DNA of 64,000 nucleotides from the sequence record SRR31156797_4827, one strand, 5' to 3'. Positions 31,826 to 41,873 of the stretch are shown here, piece by piece (the stretch's first letter is position 1; every line of letters starts with the position of its first letter). The notes under the pieces were generated by a model, which worked only from the letters and a program-made list of their open reading frames with translations, ran no database searches and was not told where the DNA came from. The translations under genes and the position numbers were made by a program.

Positions 31826-32135
31826 TTTTGTTATACTGATGCTAGTATGTGGATTGGTTACTTGGCTTCCGCGGATCGTTCCTTTTTTATTTTCTAAGAA
31901 GCTCGTCTTCCCGGAAACTTTCACCGTTTTTTTGAGTTATTTACCGTTGTGTATTTTGGCGGCATTGTTGGTGCAAAATTTACTGACCTTTCGTGAAGGC
32001 CAATTCCCCATTTTGAAAGTTAAAGAAACCATTGCCTGTATCCCGGCATTATTGGTGGGGTATTATACCAAAGATTTGATGAAAATCGTTATCACAGGCG
32101 TTATTGCTATGGCGCTGTTGCGTTTCTTTTTATAG
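31818..32135 (+). CDS. azlD: AzlD family protein
   Basis: VTWLPRIVPF, FLSYLPLCILAAL; overlaps the azlC stop. Confidence 0.88.
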   Translation: MTNFVILMLVCGLVTWLPRIVPFLFSKKLVFPETFTVFLSYLPLCILAALLVQNLLTFREGQFPILKVKETIACIPALLVGYYTKDLMKIVITGVIAMALLRFFL

Positions 32136-32169
32136 GAACGAGCAGTTTTAAAGAAAAAGGAGAGAATAG

Positions 32170-33033
32170 ATGAAAGACTTATTAGCATCCGTATTCAGCG
32201 GATTGATCATTGATGAAAACGAACAGAATTATTTTGTTCAAAAAGGCGGGGTTACCTTCCGACTAGCCAAGGAAGAAGGCGAACATCATTTAGGTGAAGC
32301 CGTCGAAGGGTTTGGCTATCAAAATCAAAAGCAAGAAAATGTGCTCACTACGAATATTCCGAAAAGCCGCAAAGGGCATTATGCCTTTGGTACAGTCACA
32401 GGAAGCCGTCGCGACTTAGGCGTTTTCGTCGATATCGGTTTGAAAGACAAAGATATGGTGGTTTCATTAGATGAATTGCCAACAATGCGGGAACTTTGGC
32501 CCAAAAAAGGCGACCGTTTGATGGTCAGCTTGCGGGTCGATGACAAAGAGCGTATTTGGGCTTCATTAGCAGATGAGAAAATTTTTAAGGCATTGAGCAA
32601 AAATGGTACGGAGCAAATGAAGAATCAAGATGTTACAGGTAGCGTGTACCGTTTGAAGTTAGCGGGTACTTACTTGCTGACGGATGATTTTTATATTGGC
32701 TTCGTCCATCCATCAGAACGGTATCAAGAGCCGCGCCTTGGGGAAGTGGTCAAAGGGCGAGTGATTGGGATTCGTCCAGATGGTGTCTTGAACCTTTCAT
32801 TGAAACCAAGAGCCCACGAGGCGATCTCAAATGATGCCGCCATGGTTCTAACCTTTTTAGAACGAGCACCTGAGAACAAAATTCCTTTCACCGACAAATC
32901 AGCCCCAGAAGAGATTTTGCAAACATTTGGTATTAGTAAAGGCCAATTTAAACGGGCATTAGGAACCTTGATGAAACAGCGTTTGATTGAGCAAAAAGAC
33001 GGCTTTACGATTCTTATCAAAAAACCTAATTGA
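32170..33033 (+). CDS. cvfB: CvfB/YitL family S1-domain RNA-binding protein
   Basis: LGVFVDIGL..D, WPKKGD, LNLSLKPR, FGISKGQFKRALGTLMK; usual position upstream of fur-xerD. Confidence 0.88.
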   Translation: MKDLLASVFSGLIIDENEQNYFVQKGGVTFRLAKEEGEHHLGEAVEGFGYQNQKQENVLTTNIPKSRKGHYAFGTVTGSRRDLGVFVDIGLKDKDMVVSLDELPTMRELWPKKGDRLMVSLRVDDKERIWASLADEKIFKALSKNGTEQMKNQDVTGSVYRLKLAGTYLLTDDFYIGFVHPSERYQEPRLGEVVKGRVIGIRPDGVLNLSLKPRAHEAISNDAAMVLTFLERAPENKIPFTDKSAPEEILQTFGISKGQFKRALGTLMKQRLIEQKDGFTILIKKPN

Positions 33034-33061
33034 GAATACTTGTTTCTTTTATCGTTCTAAT

Positions 33062-33119
33062 TTATAATGATTACAATGTTTGTCTTGAGTGATTTTCACT
33101 CAGATTAGAATCGTTATAA
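33062..33119 (+). promoter_or_regulatory. Two Per-box-like sites upstream of fur
   Basis: TTATAATGATTACAA (33062-33076, 1 mismatch) and TTAGAATCGTTATAA (33105-33119, 2 mismatches) versus TTATAATnATTATAA. Confidence 0.6.
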
Positions 33120-33142
33120 ATTAACGGCATACGGAGGCAACT

Positions 33143-33595
33143 ATGAACACAACAGCAGCGTTAAAAAAGACCAAGAAACAATTGCACGAGTCGGGGTTTA
33201 AATTAACTCCTCAGCGAGAAGCGACGTTGTTGGTCTTATTAGAAAATGAGAAAGACCATTTATCCGCAGAAGAGATTTTCTTTTTTGTGCGAAAAAAAAA
33301 TTCTGAGATTGGCTTGGCAACCGTCTATCGAACATTGGAGATCTTAACGGATCTGAAAATTGTCGATAAAGTCAGCTTTAATGACGGTGTCGCTCGCTAT
33401 GATCTACGTAAAGAAGGTGCCAAACACTTTCATCATCACTTGTTGTGTTTGGAATGCGGCAATATTGAAGAAGTCGAAGAGGATCTGCTGGGCAGTGTCG
33501 AAGAGATCGTTGAACAAAAGTACCATTTTTTAGTAAAGGATCATCGGTTGACCTTTCATGGTGTCTGTCAAAAGTGCCAAAGCAAAGCCGAGTGA
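33143..33595 (+). CDS. fur: Ferric uptake regulator
   Basis: KLTPQRE, IGLATVYRTL, HFHHHLLCLECG, CQKC. Confidence 0.95.
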   Translation: MNTTAALKKTKKQLHESGFKLTPQREATLLVLLENEKDHLSAEEIFFFVRKKNSEIGLATVYRTLEILTDLKIVDKVSFNDGVARYDLRKEGAKHFHHHLLCLECGNIEEVEEDLLGSVEEIVEQKYHFLVKDHRLTFHGVCQKCQSKAE

Positions 33596-33827
33596 TTGTA
33601 CTTTGGCGATCTTAAATAAACGTTTGTTATCACCCGAATGATAGTCAGATGGTTTCCAATAGGAAGAGTGCTCTTTTTTCCGATTTGAAAGAAACCGAAA
33701 AATCTGCTATGATTCGGGTGTTTCCTTGGGCAAAAGATACGGGTAGATGCCTCTTTTTTATTGGCAAGCTACTATCTTAACGAGCCAGAATTTGATATGA
33801 TAAAAAAGCTGAAAGTAGAGGAAGCCC

Positions 33828-34718
33828 ATGAACGAACAAATCATTGATTATCTTCATTATTTGACCATTGAGCGCGGGCTATCCCAAAATACCCGTGCCA
33901 GCTACCAGCGAGATCTGCAACAGTATCTTGCGTTTTTACAAAAAAAACAAGTCACTCAGTGGCAGCAGATCGACCGAGTGATCGTTTTGTCTTTTTTGCA
34001 AAGTCTGCAAGAAGCGGGAAAATCCTCGGCAACCGTGATTCGGATGGTTTCCAGTTTGCGAAGGTTCCATCAATTTTTGCGTCAAGAACGGTTTACCGAT
34101 CATGATCCAATGCAGCATATTGATTCACCAAAAAAACAGCAGAAGCTGCCTGATACCTTGAGTTTACAAGAAGTGGAGCGGTTGATCGAAACACCGGATA
34201 CGCGAGCAGTTTTGGGCATCCGTGACCGAGCGATTTTGGAAGTGATGTATGCGACGGGCTTGCGAGTCAGTGAGTTGATCGGGTTAAAATTAAACGATCT
34301 GCATTTAAGTATGGGATTGTTGCAAACAACCGGAAAAGGCGACAAAGAACGGATCGTTCCATTAGGGGACTTAGCGATTCAATGGATCGAAACCTATCTC
34401 AGCGATGCGCGTCCGTATTTGACGAGAAAAACGCCGGATGAAAGCCATCTGTTTGTAAACAACCATGGTACGCAACTGTCTCGTCAAGGGATCTGGAAAA
34501 ATTTAAAAGCCTTGGTTCGACAAGCTGGGATCACCAAGAATGTGACTCCCCATACGCTGCGCCATAGTTTTGCGACCCATCTATTAGAAAACGGGGCAGA
34601 TCTACGAACGGTTCAAGAGTTGCTAGGGCACGCAGATATCTCGACCACTCAGATTTACACGCATATAACGAAGAAACGGATGACGGAAGTGTACAAGCAG
34701 CACTTTCCGCGCGCCTAG
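33828..34718 (+). CDS. xerD: Tyrosine recombinase XerD
   Basis: RDRAILEVMYATGLRVSEL, GKGDKERIVP, HTLRHSFATH, LGHADISTTQIY; fur-xerD-scpAB synteny. Confidence 0.93.
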   Translation: MNEQIIDYLHYLTIERGLSQNTRASYQRDLQQYLAFLQKKQVTQWQQIDRVIVLSFLQSLQEAGKSSATVIRMVSSLRRFHQFLRQERFTDHDPMQHIDSPKKQQKLPDTLSLQEVERLIETPDTRAVLGIRDRAILEVMYATGLRVSELIGLKLNDLHLSMGLLQTTGKGDKERIVPLGDLAIQWIETYLSDARPYLTRKTPDESHLFVNNHGTQLSRQGIWKNLKALVRQAGITKNVTPHTLRHSFATHLLENGADLRTVQELLGHADISTTQIYTHITKKRMTEVYKQHFPRA

Positions 34719-34732
34719 AAATCGAGGATGGA

Positions 34733-35482
34733 ATGGAAGAAATCAAAATAAAATTAGCTGTCTTTGAAGGACCGTTGGATTTGCTGCTTCATTTGATCAA
34801 AAAACTGGAGATCGATGTTTATGATATTCCAGTTGCTACCATCACCGAACAATACATGCAGTACATCCATGCCATGAAAATTTTAGAATTAGAAGTCGCT
34901 GGAGAGTATTTAGTCATGGCGGCGACTTTGATGGCGATCAAAAGCCAGATGCTGTTGCCTAAACAAGAGTTGATTGCTGAAGTCGAAGAGTACGAAGAAG
35001 ATCCGCGGGATATGCTGGTGGCACAACTGCTAGAATACCGAAAATTTAAGTACGCAGCCGAACAGCTTTCAGAAAAAGCGGAAGAGCGCAGTTTGTATTA
35101 CACGAAAGATCCGATGGATGTCGATGAATACAAAGAGGAAGAAGATCAATTAAGAGCCAATCAATTCAACACGATCGATCTCTTTTTGGCTTTTCAAAAA
35201 ATGATCGAGAAAAAGAAAAATCGCCAAGTACTAGAAACCAAGATTTCTCCTGATGAAAGCACCATCGATGAAAAGATGGCGGCGATTCAGTTGGAGATGC
35301 AACATGTGAGTGCTAAAAAAGGCCGCAGCTTTGATTCGTTTTTTACTTCTTACAATAAAACAGAAGTTGTGGTAACCTTTATGGCATTGTTAGAATTAAT
35401 GAAAAAAGGAACGATTCGAGTAGAGCAATCAGACAATTATGCGTCGATTCTGCTCTATCCAACAGGTAAAGAAGATGAGTAA
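34733..35482 (+). CDS. scpA: Segregation and condensation protein A
   Basis: FEGPLDLLLHLI, EYLVMAATL, VVTFMALLELMK. Confidence 0.95.
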   Translation: MEEIKIKLAVFEGPLDLLLHLIKKLEIDVYDIPVATITEQYMQYIHAMKILELEVAGEYLVMAATLMAIKSQMLLPKQELIAEVEEYEEDPRDMLVAQLLEYRKFKYAAEQLSEKAEERSLYYTKDPMDVDEYKEEEDQLRANQFNTIDLFLAFQKMIEKKKNRQVLETKISPDESTIDEKMAAIQLEMQHVSAKKGRSFDSFFTSYNKTEVVVTFMALLELMKKGTIRVEQSDNYASILLYPTGKEDE

Positions 35483-36059
35483 ATATAGTGAATTAGAAGC
35501 GATCTTATTCGTCGTCGGTGATGAGGGGATCGGACTTGAAGAACTGAGTTATTTAGTCAAAAGTAATACTGCCAGTGTCTATCAGCATTTGCAGGAACTA
35601 AATCAGCAATATGAAGAAAATGAACATACCGCGTTGCATATTCTAGAAGTTGGCAATCATTTTATTTTAACCACTAAAAAGCAATTTGCCCCTTTATTGA
35701 AGAAATACGCCGAATCACCGATGGGGAGTTCATTGTCGCAAGCCGCTTTGGAAACTTTGTCGATCATTGCTTATAAGCAACCGATCACTCGGATGGAAGT
35801 AGAAGAGATTCGTGGCGTTCAATCCAGCGGTTCTGTCCAAAAACTGGTGGCAAAGCGGCTGATTGAAGAAAAGGGACGCGTGGACGGACCAGGACGAGCG
35901 ATCCTATACGGTACGACGGAATACTTTATGGATTATTTTGGCTTAAAAAGTTTGGCTGAATTGCCTGACATCCAATCAATGGAAGATGAACTTGAAGAAG
36001 ATGCACCGTTTGATCTTTTTTACGACCGCTACAAACAAGCAGAAACAGAAGGAGAATGA
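35475..36059 (+). CDS. scpB: Segregation and condensation protein B
   Basis: LEAILFV, LSQAALETLSIIAYKQPITR..IRGV, YGTT..FMDYFGL. Confidence 0.95.
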   Translation: MSKYSELEAILFVVGDEGIGLEELSYLVKSNTASVYQHLQELNQQYEENEHTALHILEVGNHFILTTKKQFAPLLKKYAESPMGSSLSQAALETLSIIAYKQPITRMEVEEIRGVQSSGSVQKLVAKRLIEEKGRVDGPGRAILYGTTEYFMDYFGLKSLAELPDIQSMEDELEEDAPFDLFYDRYKQAETEGE

Positions 36060-36061
36060 AG

Positions 36062-36778
36062 ATGGAACGTTTGCAAAAAGTGATTGCCCATGCCGGCATC
36101 ACCTCAAGAAGAAAAGCTGAAGGATTGATAACCGAAGGCCGTGTGCGAGTCAATGGACAAGTAATCAAAGAATTAGGGGTCCAAGTCGGTTCAAAAGACG
36201 TCGTTGAAGTGGACGGCGTTCCGATCGAACAAGAACAACATGTCTATTATCTGTTCTATAAACCTCGTGGCGTGATCTCAGCTGTAACAGATGATAAAAA
36301 ACGCAAAGTCGTTTTGGATTATTTTGCTGAAGTCCCTGAACGGGTGTATCCAGTCGGCCGCTTGGACTATGATACCTCCGGTTTGCTGCTACTGACAAAT
36401 GATGGGGAATTATCACAGACACTGATGCATCCAAAACACGAAGTCGAAAAAGTGTATGTTGCCAAGGTCAAAGGCATTGCGGATAAAAAGCAACTGCTCC
36501 CATTGACAAAAGGAATTCGGATCGAAGGGCGTAAGACCGCGCCTGCTCGCTTTGAAATCTTATCGACAGACCAAACGGCACAATCTAGTATTGTGCAATT
36601 GACGATCCACGAAGGTCGCAATCATCAAGTCAAAAACATGCTAAAAGCAGTTGGTTTGCCTGTGCAAAAACTAAAACGGGAAAACTATGGTCCGTTAGAT
36701 TTAAAAGGTCTTCGTCCAGGGGAATACCGAGAGTTGTCGAAGAAAGAAGTCAGCCAGCTGAAAAACAGTGCAAAATAG
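36062..36778 (+). CDS. rluB: 23S rRNA pseudouridine synthase B
   Basis: S4 domain ERLQKVIA..SRRKAE, VGRLDYDTSGL, EGRNHQVK. Confidence 0.92.
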   Translation: MERLQKVIAHAGITSRRKAEGLITEGRVRVNGQVIKELGVQVGSKDVVEVDGVPIEQEQHVYYLFYKPRGVISAVTDDKKRKVVLDYFAEVPERVYPVGRLDYDTSGLLLLTNDGELSQTLMHPKHEVEKVYVAKVKGIADKKQLLPLTKGIRIEGRKTAPARFEILSTDQTAQSSIVQLTIHEGRNHQVKNMLKAVGLPVQKLKRENYGPLDLKGLRPGEYRELSKKEVSQLKNSAK

Positions 36779-36859
36779 TTGAAAAGTATCTGAAAACGTA
36801 ACTATTGTTAATTTTTAGATTTTGTGTATAATAGAACATGTAATAAATAGAATAAAGGT

Positions 36860-36980
36860 TCGTCTTCAGGGGCAGGGTGCAATTCCCGACCGGTGGTTAT
36901 AGTCCACGACCTATTTCTTCGGAAATAGCTGAATCGGTGAAATTCCGATACCGACAGTACAGTCTGGATAAAGAAGATAG
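36860..36980 (+). ncRNA. FMN riboswitch (RFN element)
   Basis: TCTTCAGGGGCAGGGTGCAATTCCCGACCGGTGGTTATAGTCCACGA...GGTGAAATTCCGATACCGACAGTACAGTCTGGATAAAGAAGA upstream of a riboflavin transporter. Confidence 0.96.
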
Positions 36981-37010
36981 AGCGTATTTGATTTGCTTAT
37001 GGCTATTTCG

Positions 37011-37052
37011 AATGCCCTCTTTTTTCCCTGTGGAAAAAAGAGGGCATTTTTT
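37011..37052 (+). terminator. FMN riboswitch expression-platform terminator
   Basis: AATGCCCTCTTTTTTCC / GGAAAAAAGAGGGCATT followed by a T run. Confidence 0.85.
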
Positions 37053-37132
37053 GTCTGGCGCCGACAAGAAAGCCGAGGAAATTTAATAGGTTCGTTTGAA
37101 GAGGAATCCTGAACTTAGGAGGATTTATACTG

Positions 37133-37726
37133 ATGAACAACAAAACAAGAAAAATGGTGACGATCGCCATGTGTGCTGCTATGGGAACAATTTTGCAATT
37201 TATCGCTTTTCCAATTTTTCCGGCATTCAGCTTTTTAAAGATCGATTTTAGTGATATTCCCGTGATGATCATGATGTTTTTATTTGGTCCTTGGAGTGGG
37301 GTAGTGACTGCCTTCATTCGTTCGGTCCTGCATTTGTTCTTATCTGGTTTTTCACCTGCTGATATGGTGGGAGATACGGCAAGCTTTTTAGCATCATGTG
37401 CCTTTACTTTGCCAATGTACTACTTTTTCCGCAAAGGTATCCACACCAAAAACAAAATGGTTGGTGTCATCAGCGGTATCTTGTCGGTAACGATTTTTAT
37501 GAGTGTGGCGAACCTATTTGTGATCACACCGCTTTATCTACGCTTTTTCGGGGTCACAGCCGATCAATTTTTAGGGATGTCTTTGCCGCAATATGTGGCG
37601 ATCGGGATTTTACCCTTCAATTTGGTTAAAGGAGCGATCGTCAGTGCCGTCTTTTTAGCACTACATGCCAAACTGCTCCCATGGTTGGCTCGTAAGCAGC
37701 CCCATCATTCTGCTATAGGAAAATAA
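37133..37726 (+). CDS. ribU: ECF S-component riboflavin transporter
   Basis: FLKIDFSDIP, ILPFNLVKG; preceded by an FMN riboswitch. Confidence 0.93.
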   Translation: MNNKTRKMVTIAMCAAMGTILQFIAFPIFPAFSFLKIDFSDIPVMIMMFLFGPWSGVVTAFIRSVLHLFLSGFSPADMVGDTASFLASCAFTLPMYYFFRKGIHTKNKMVGVISGILSVTIFMSVANLFVITPLYLRFFGVTADQFLGMSLPQYVAIGILPFNLVKGAIVSAVFLALHAKLLPWLARKQPHHSAIGK

Positions 37727-37783
37727 AAAATGAGCCGACTTGCTGTGGCAGACGAAAGGTCTGTTAATGGCAGGTCGACTTTT

Positions 37784-37999
37784 TTATTTTTCTATAAGGA
37801 TCGCTCTGGTGGGGCATTTGCGATAAGCAGTTTTGACTTTTTCTTGTTGTTCTTCTATGATAAACTGTTGCCGTGCACTCGGTTCTTGGGCAAATAAAAC
37901 GATCCCATCTTCATCATAATCGAAGATCTCGGGAGCATAGATCGCACATAGTCCACAAGCAATGCAGCGCTCAGGAACAATTTTACAGCGTTGTGACAT
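37784..37999 (-). CDS. fer: Ferredoxin
   Basis: CIACGLC...APEIFDYDEDG...CPTRAI; divergent from ypbB as in other Bacilli. Confidence 0.9.
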   Translation of the reverse strand: MSQRCKIVPERCIACGLCAIYAPEIFDYDEDGIVLFAQEPSARQQFIIEEQQEKVKTAYRKCPTRAILIEK

Positions 38000-38025
38000 T
38001 TTTTAGTCCTTTCTGGGAGGAAGAT

Positions 38026-39021
38026 ATGGATTCTTTTATTTTAGCGCTGTTTTCTGATACTGACAAGTTGCGTCCATCGACACTTTATCAAATTCTCATT
38101 GGTAAGCGCACTAGCTCTGTCTTGAGTTATGCCTTTTTTTATGATCGATTAGGTCTTTTTCAAGCGTTGCCACAGTTGAATGAGAGGGAGTATCAACAGA
38201 CGATCGCTGACTTGATCCAACAAGGGATGCTAAGTCGAGATTCAGATGGTCTGCTGCTCAAAAGGACCGCTGCAAATTATGAACAGTCAAAAGAAATGTT
38301 GTTGCATCATACGGATTATTTTCGGTATGGACGAACGACGGAGGAGGCGTGGCGTTTTGTTCGACTGCTGGTCCAAGCAGCTGCATATCAAGGGGTGACC
38401 AATCAGTATATTCCTGTTGAGAACACGCCTTTATATACAGAACCTGTGCGTCGACTGATCCATCAATACCCTGAAATCAAAAAGATCACTCATCGAGAAC
38501 TTTCGGCAGTTTTTGCCCAACTTCCCGCAGAAGTCGCAGATTTTTTAGCAGGCACCTTATCTGGTCCCGATCTTCTGGGGCAGGCGTTTTTCCAACTTTT
38601 GCCAGAATCTGTACAAGGTAAGCCTTGGGACAATCTTTATGTAGGAGCTGCGATCCATCAATTTTTAGCCCTGGTTGAAAAAGAGTCTCAGATGGTTCTG
38701 TTTCAAGGATTGTCGCCTTTTCTAAATAGGAATCTGAATCAAAGTATGCTGGAAAGTCGTGCATTGTTCTTGCAAGGAGCTTCTGTTGAGCAGATCATGG
38801 AAAAAAGAAGGATCAAACGAGGAACCGTTAATGATCATTTGATTGAGTGGGCACTGCTTGATCTGACATTTCCGTATCAGCGCTTTGATACATCATTGAT
38901 GAATAAGCTGCCAGAAACTTCTTGGAAAAACAGCTATCAAGAATTACAGGAGCTTCTTACGACTGATTTTTTGACGATCCGTTTGTTACAGATTGCTCAG
39001 AAACGGGGGATTCGATGTTAG
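38026..39021 (+). CDS. YpbB-like helix-turn-helix protein
   Basis: LYQILIGKRTSSVL, RRIKRGTVNDHLIE; overlaps the recQ start. ATG 38026 follows GGAGG. Confidence 0.8.
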   Translation: MDSFILALFSDTDKLRPSTLYQILIGKRTSSVLSYAFFYDRLGLFQALPQLNEREYQQTIADLIQQGMLSRDSDGLLLKRTAANYEQSKEMLLHHTDYFRYGRTTEEAWRFVRLLVQAAAYQGVTNQYIPVENTPLYTEPVRRLIHQYPEIKKITHRELSAVFAQLPAEVADFLAGTLSGPDLLGQAFFQLLPESVQGKPWDNLYVGAAIHQFLALVEKESQMVLFQGLSPFLNRNLNQSMLESRALFLQGASVEQIMEKRRIKRGTVNDHLIEWALLDLTFPYQRFDTSLMNKLPETSWKNSYQELQELLTTDFLTIRLLQIAQKRGIRC

Positions 39022-40397
39022 AAAACGCACTGAATCAGTACTTTGGCTTCAAAACATTTCGTCAAGGACAAAAAGAAGTCATCGAAAGTGTTTTAGCGCA
39101 GCAAGATACGTTAGCGATTTTGCCTACCGGGAATGGCAAAAGTCTCTGTTATCAGCTGCCAGGGTACCTCATAGATGGCATCGTAATCATTATCTCACCG
39201 CTTGTTTCTTTAATGGAAGATCAAGTCTATGGCCTACAAAAGCAAGGGGAAAAACGCGCGATTGCGTTTAATAGTCAACTAGACCCTACCGATCGTCACT
39301 ATGTGATGCAGCATTTATCGCAGTACAAATTTTTGTTCTTAAGTCCAGAAATGATCGTGCAAGAAGCCATTTTGCAGCAACTCGAACGAGCTAAGATCGC
39401 TATGCTCGTGGTGGATGAAGCTCATTGTGTTTCCCAATGGGGCATTGATTTTCGACCAGAGTACTTGCAGCTTGGTGAAGTAAAAAAACGTTTGAAGACA
39501 CCCGTCACATTAGCATTGACGGCTACTGCTACGGCGCAAGTCGAAGCAGATATTCGGCAAGTGTTGTTAGCAAAGAATGCCAATGTCTACCGTTATTCGA
39601 TGAACCGCAGCAATATCGGCTTGTTCGTAGAGAAAACGTCAGACAAAGATGCGGCATTAGCAGACTATCTCAGCCGCTTAGGCGGGGCTGGGATCATCTA
39701 TTGTTCCACAAGAAGCAAAGTCGAAGAAGTCTATAACAAACTGCGTCAGCGCTATTCGGTAGGCTATTATCATGGTGGTCTAGCGAGCGATCAAAGAAAA
39801 ACGTTGCAGCAGCAGTTTTCTCAGAATAAACTAAAATTGCTCGTCGCAACCAATGCGTTTGGGATGGGGATCAATAAAGAAGATATTCGTTTTGTGATCC
39901 ATTATGACTTGCCTGATTCGCTGGAAAACTACAGTCAGGAAATCGGTCGAGCAGGCCGCGATGGCAAACAAAGCAGTGCGATCTTGCTTTATCAGGAACA
40001 CGATGAGCAGATTCACTACTTCTTTCAGCGAGAAAACAAAGAAGAACGCCGTGCTTTAGAACGAATGGATCAGAAAAAGATGAAAGGACCTTTGACACCG
40101 CTGCAAGAAAAATGGCAGAAGAAGATGAAGGAGTTGGGGGCTGCGTTTTGGCTGGAAACGCTAAAACAAAACGAACAGCAAAAGCAAGAACAATTACAAA
40201 AAATGTTGGCTTATATTCATTTTACCGGCTGTCGTCGCCAGTTTTTATTGGCGCACTTTGGGGAAGAAGCATCAGCAAATCCTTATTGTTGCGACAATGA
40301 CGGGATCGAATTGGCAGTGGAAGAAGAGCTTTTAGAAAAAAAAGTCATCCTTCATTGGCAAGAACGTTTAATAAAAATTTTTAAAGATATAAATTGA
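39015..40397 (+). CDS. recQ: RecQ-family helicase (short RecS type, no HRDC domain)
   Basis: PTGNGKSLCYQ, DEAHCVSQWG, ATNAFGMGI, QEIGRAGRDG, CRR...CCDND. Confidence 0.9.
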   Translation: MLENALNQYFGFKTFRQGQKEVIESVLAQQDTLAILPTGNGKSLCYQLPGYLIDGIVIIISPLVSLMEDQVYGLQKQGEKRAIAFNSQLDPTDRHYVMQHLSQYKFLFLSPEMIVQEAILQQLERAKIAMLVVDEAHCVSQWGIDFRPEYLQLGEVKKRLKTPVTLALTATATAQVEADIRQVLLAKNANVYRYSMNRSNIGLFVEKTSDKDAALADYLSRLGGAGIIYCSTRSKVEEVYNKLRQRYSVGYYHGGLASDQRKTLQQQFSQNKLKLLVATNAFGMGINKEDIRFVIHYDLPDSLENYSQEIGRAGRDGKQSSAILLYQEHDEQIHYFFQRENKEERRALERMDQKKMKGPLTPLQEKWQKKMKELGAAFWLETLKQNEQQKQEQLQKMLAYIHFTGCRRQFLLAHFGEEASANPYCCDNDGIELAVEEELLEKKVILHWQERLIKIFKDIN

Positions 40398-40469
40398 ATC
40401 GTATTTTGCAGGACAGTTTTTATTTACCTATGGTATAATACATCGGAAGGAAACTAGGAGGGAATACGA

Positions 40470-41096
40470 GTGAGCAAGAAAGACAATGACTACAATTCAG
40501 AAAATCAAGAACCGTGGGAACAACCAATATATGATACAGAATACGATGATTCTGCATCAAGATCCCAACAAAGAAAACAAAAGCGTGGGAATTCACTCTT
40601 TTTGACGATCGTTTTAGTTTTGCTTTTCTTGATCGTGGCAATTCCGGTTGGTGCCGGTATTTGGGTATTGAATCATAACAGTGATGCCCCGACCGCAGCA
40701 AGTTCAAGCAGTACAGTAGAAAGTACGACAGAATCTTCGACAACCGAGTCATCAACAACGGAATCATCAACTGCTGAATCGACAAGTGAAACGAGTTCGT
40801 CAACAAGTGAATCAAGTTCTTCATCAAGCAGTAGCAGTTCTGCACCAGCTTCAACAACGCCATCAAGTAGTAGTGAGCCGGCTCAACAGGAAAACAATGC
40901 AGGGCAAGACACTACGCAAAATAATCAAGGGCAAGGAGCGACTGGTACCGAGGAATACACGACGGTGCAAGCAGGTGAAGGTCCTGAACAAGTGGCAGCC
41001 CGTACAGGCATCTCAGTTGAAACCCTATATCAATTAAATGGGATTGATCCAAACAACTACATGCTATACCCTGGCGACACATTACGAATTAAATAA
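40470..41096 (+). CDS. Membrane-anchored LysM protein (YpbE-like) with Ser/Thr-rich linker
   Basis: One TM helix, ESSTT-like tandem repeats and poly-Ser, C-terminal LysM (YTTVQAGEG...LYQLNG...LYPGDTLRIK). Confidence 0.85.
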   Translation: MSKKDNDYNSENQEPWEQPIYDTEYDDSASRSQQRKQKRGNSLFLTIVLVLLFLIVAIPVGAGIWVLNHNSDAPTAASSSSTVESTTESSTTESSTTESSTAESTSETSSSTSESSSSSSSSSSAPASTTPSSSSEPAQQENNAGQDTTQNNQGQGATGTEEYTTVQAGEGPEQVAARTGISVETLYQLNGIDPNNYMLYPGDTLRIK

Positions 41097-41201
41097 AAAA
41101 CCGCTTTGGCGGTTTTTTTTCTTGGTAGGAAGAAGCCAAGGTGAACGATAAGCAGAAACGATGAAGGAATACACATCGTTGGGAAACGAGGAGTAAGAAA
41201 A

Positions 41202-41873
41202 ATGAAAAAAATCAACATCGCTATTGATGGTCCGGCGTCATCTGGGAAAAGTACCGTGGCAAAAATCATCGCCAATGATTTAGGGTTTATTTATACAGAT
41301 ACCGGGGCCATGTACCGCAGCATCACGTATTTGGCCTTAAAAAGCGGCTGTTCATTAGAGGATGAAGCGGCGATCGCTGCTTTGATCGATCAATACCCCA
41401 TCACTTTTGAACCGACTGAACACGGTCAAGAGGTCTTTGCAGGAGGAGAGCAAGTCACAGAAGCGATCCGTCAGCCAGAAGTAACCAACGCAGTTTCGAA
41501 GGTATCGGCATACCCTGCGATCCGCGAAAAACTAGTCCAACAACAGCAGATGATCGCTAAAGATGGCGGTGTCGTGATGGATGGCCGCGATATTGGTACG
41601 GCGGTTTTACCACAAGCAGAAGTCAAGATTTTTCTGGTAGCAAGTGTGGAAGAACGGGCGCAGCGCCGTTTCAAAGAAAATCAGCAAAAAGGGATCGGTA
41701 CCGATTATGAAACTTTAAAAGAAGAGATTCAGCAAAGAGATTACTTGGATTCTCATCGGGAAGTCTCCCCTTTGAAACAAGCAACAGATGCCGTTCGAAT
41801 TGACACCTCCGGTTTAACAATCGAGCAAGTCGTAGAAGCGATCAAAAAAACGATCCAAGAAAAGATCGACTAG
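41202..41873 (+). CDS. cmk: Cytidylate kinase
   Basis: [28 protein letters not shown]. Confidence 0.97.
   Translation: MKKINIAIDGPASSGKSTVAKIIANDLGFIYTDTGAMYRSITYLALKSGCSLEDEAAIAALIDQYPITFEPTEHGQEVFAGGEQVTEAIRQPEVTNAVSKVSAYPAIREKLVQQQQMIAKDGGVVMDGRDIGTAVLPQAEVKIFLVASVEERAQRRFKENQQKGIGTDYETLKEEIQQRDYLDSHREVSPLKQATDAVRIDTSGLTIEQVVEAIKKTIQEKID

Noticed and set aside
33631-33720. 6S RNA
   Set aside because: The rod is about 90 nt, roughly half the size of 6S, with no clear central bubble; kept only as an unassigned structure.
33828-34718. Tyrosine recombinase as a phage or ICE integrase
   Set aside because: It is XerD in the conserved fur-xerD-scpA-scpB-rluB context, with no att sites or cargo.
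37873-38025. Overlap of ypbB with the ferredoxin gene in the ORF track
   Set aside because: The real ypbB start is ATG 38026 after GGAGG, so the two genes are simply divergent.
40700-40880. Tandem repeats as a CRISPR array or VNTR
   Set aside because: They are degenerate codons for the Ser/Thr/Glu linker of the LysM protein, with no constant repeat-spacer pattern and no cas genes.
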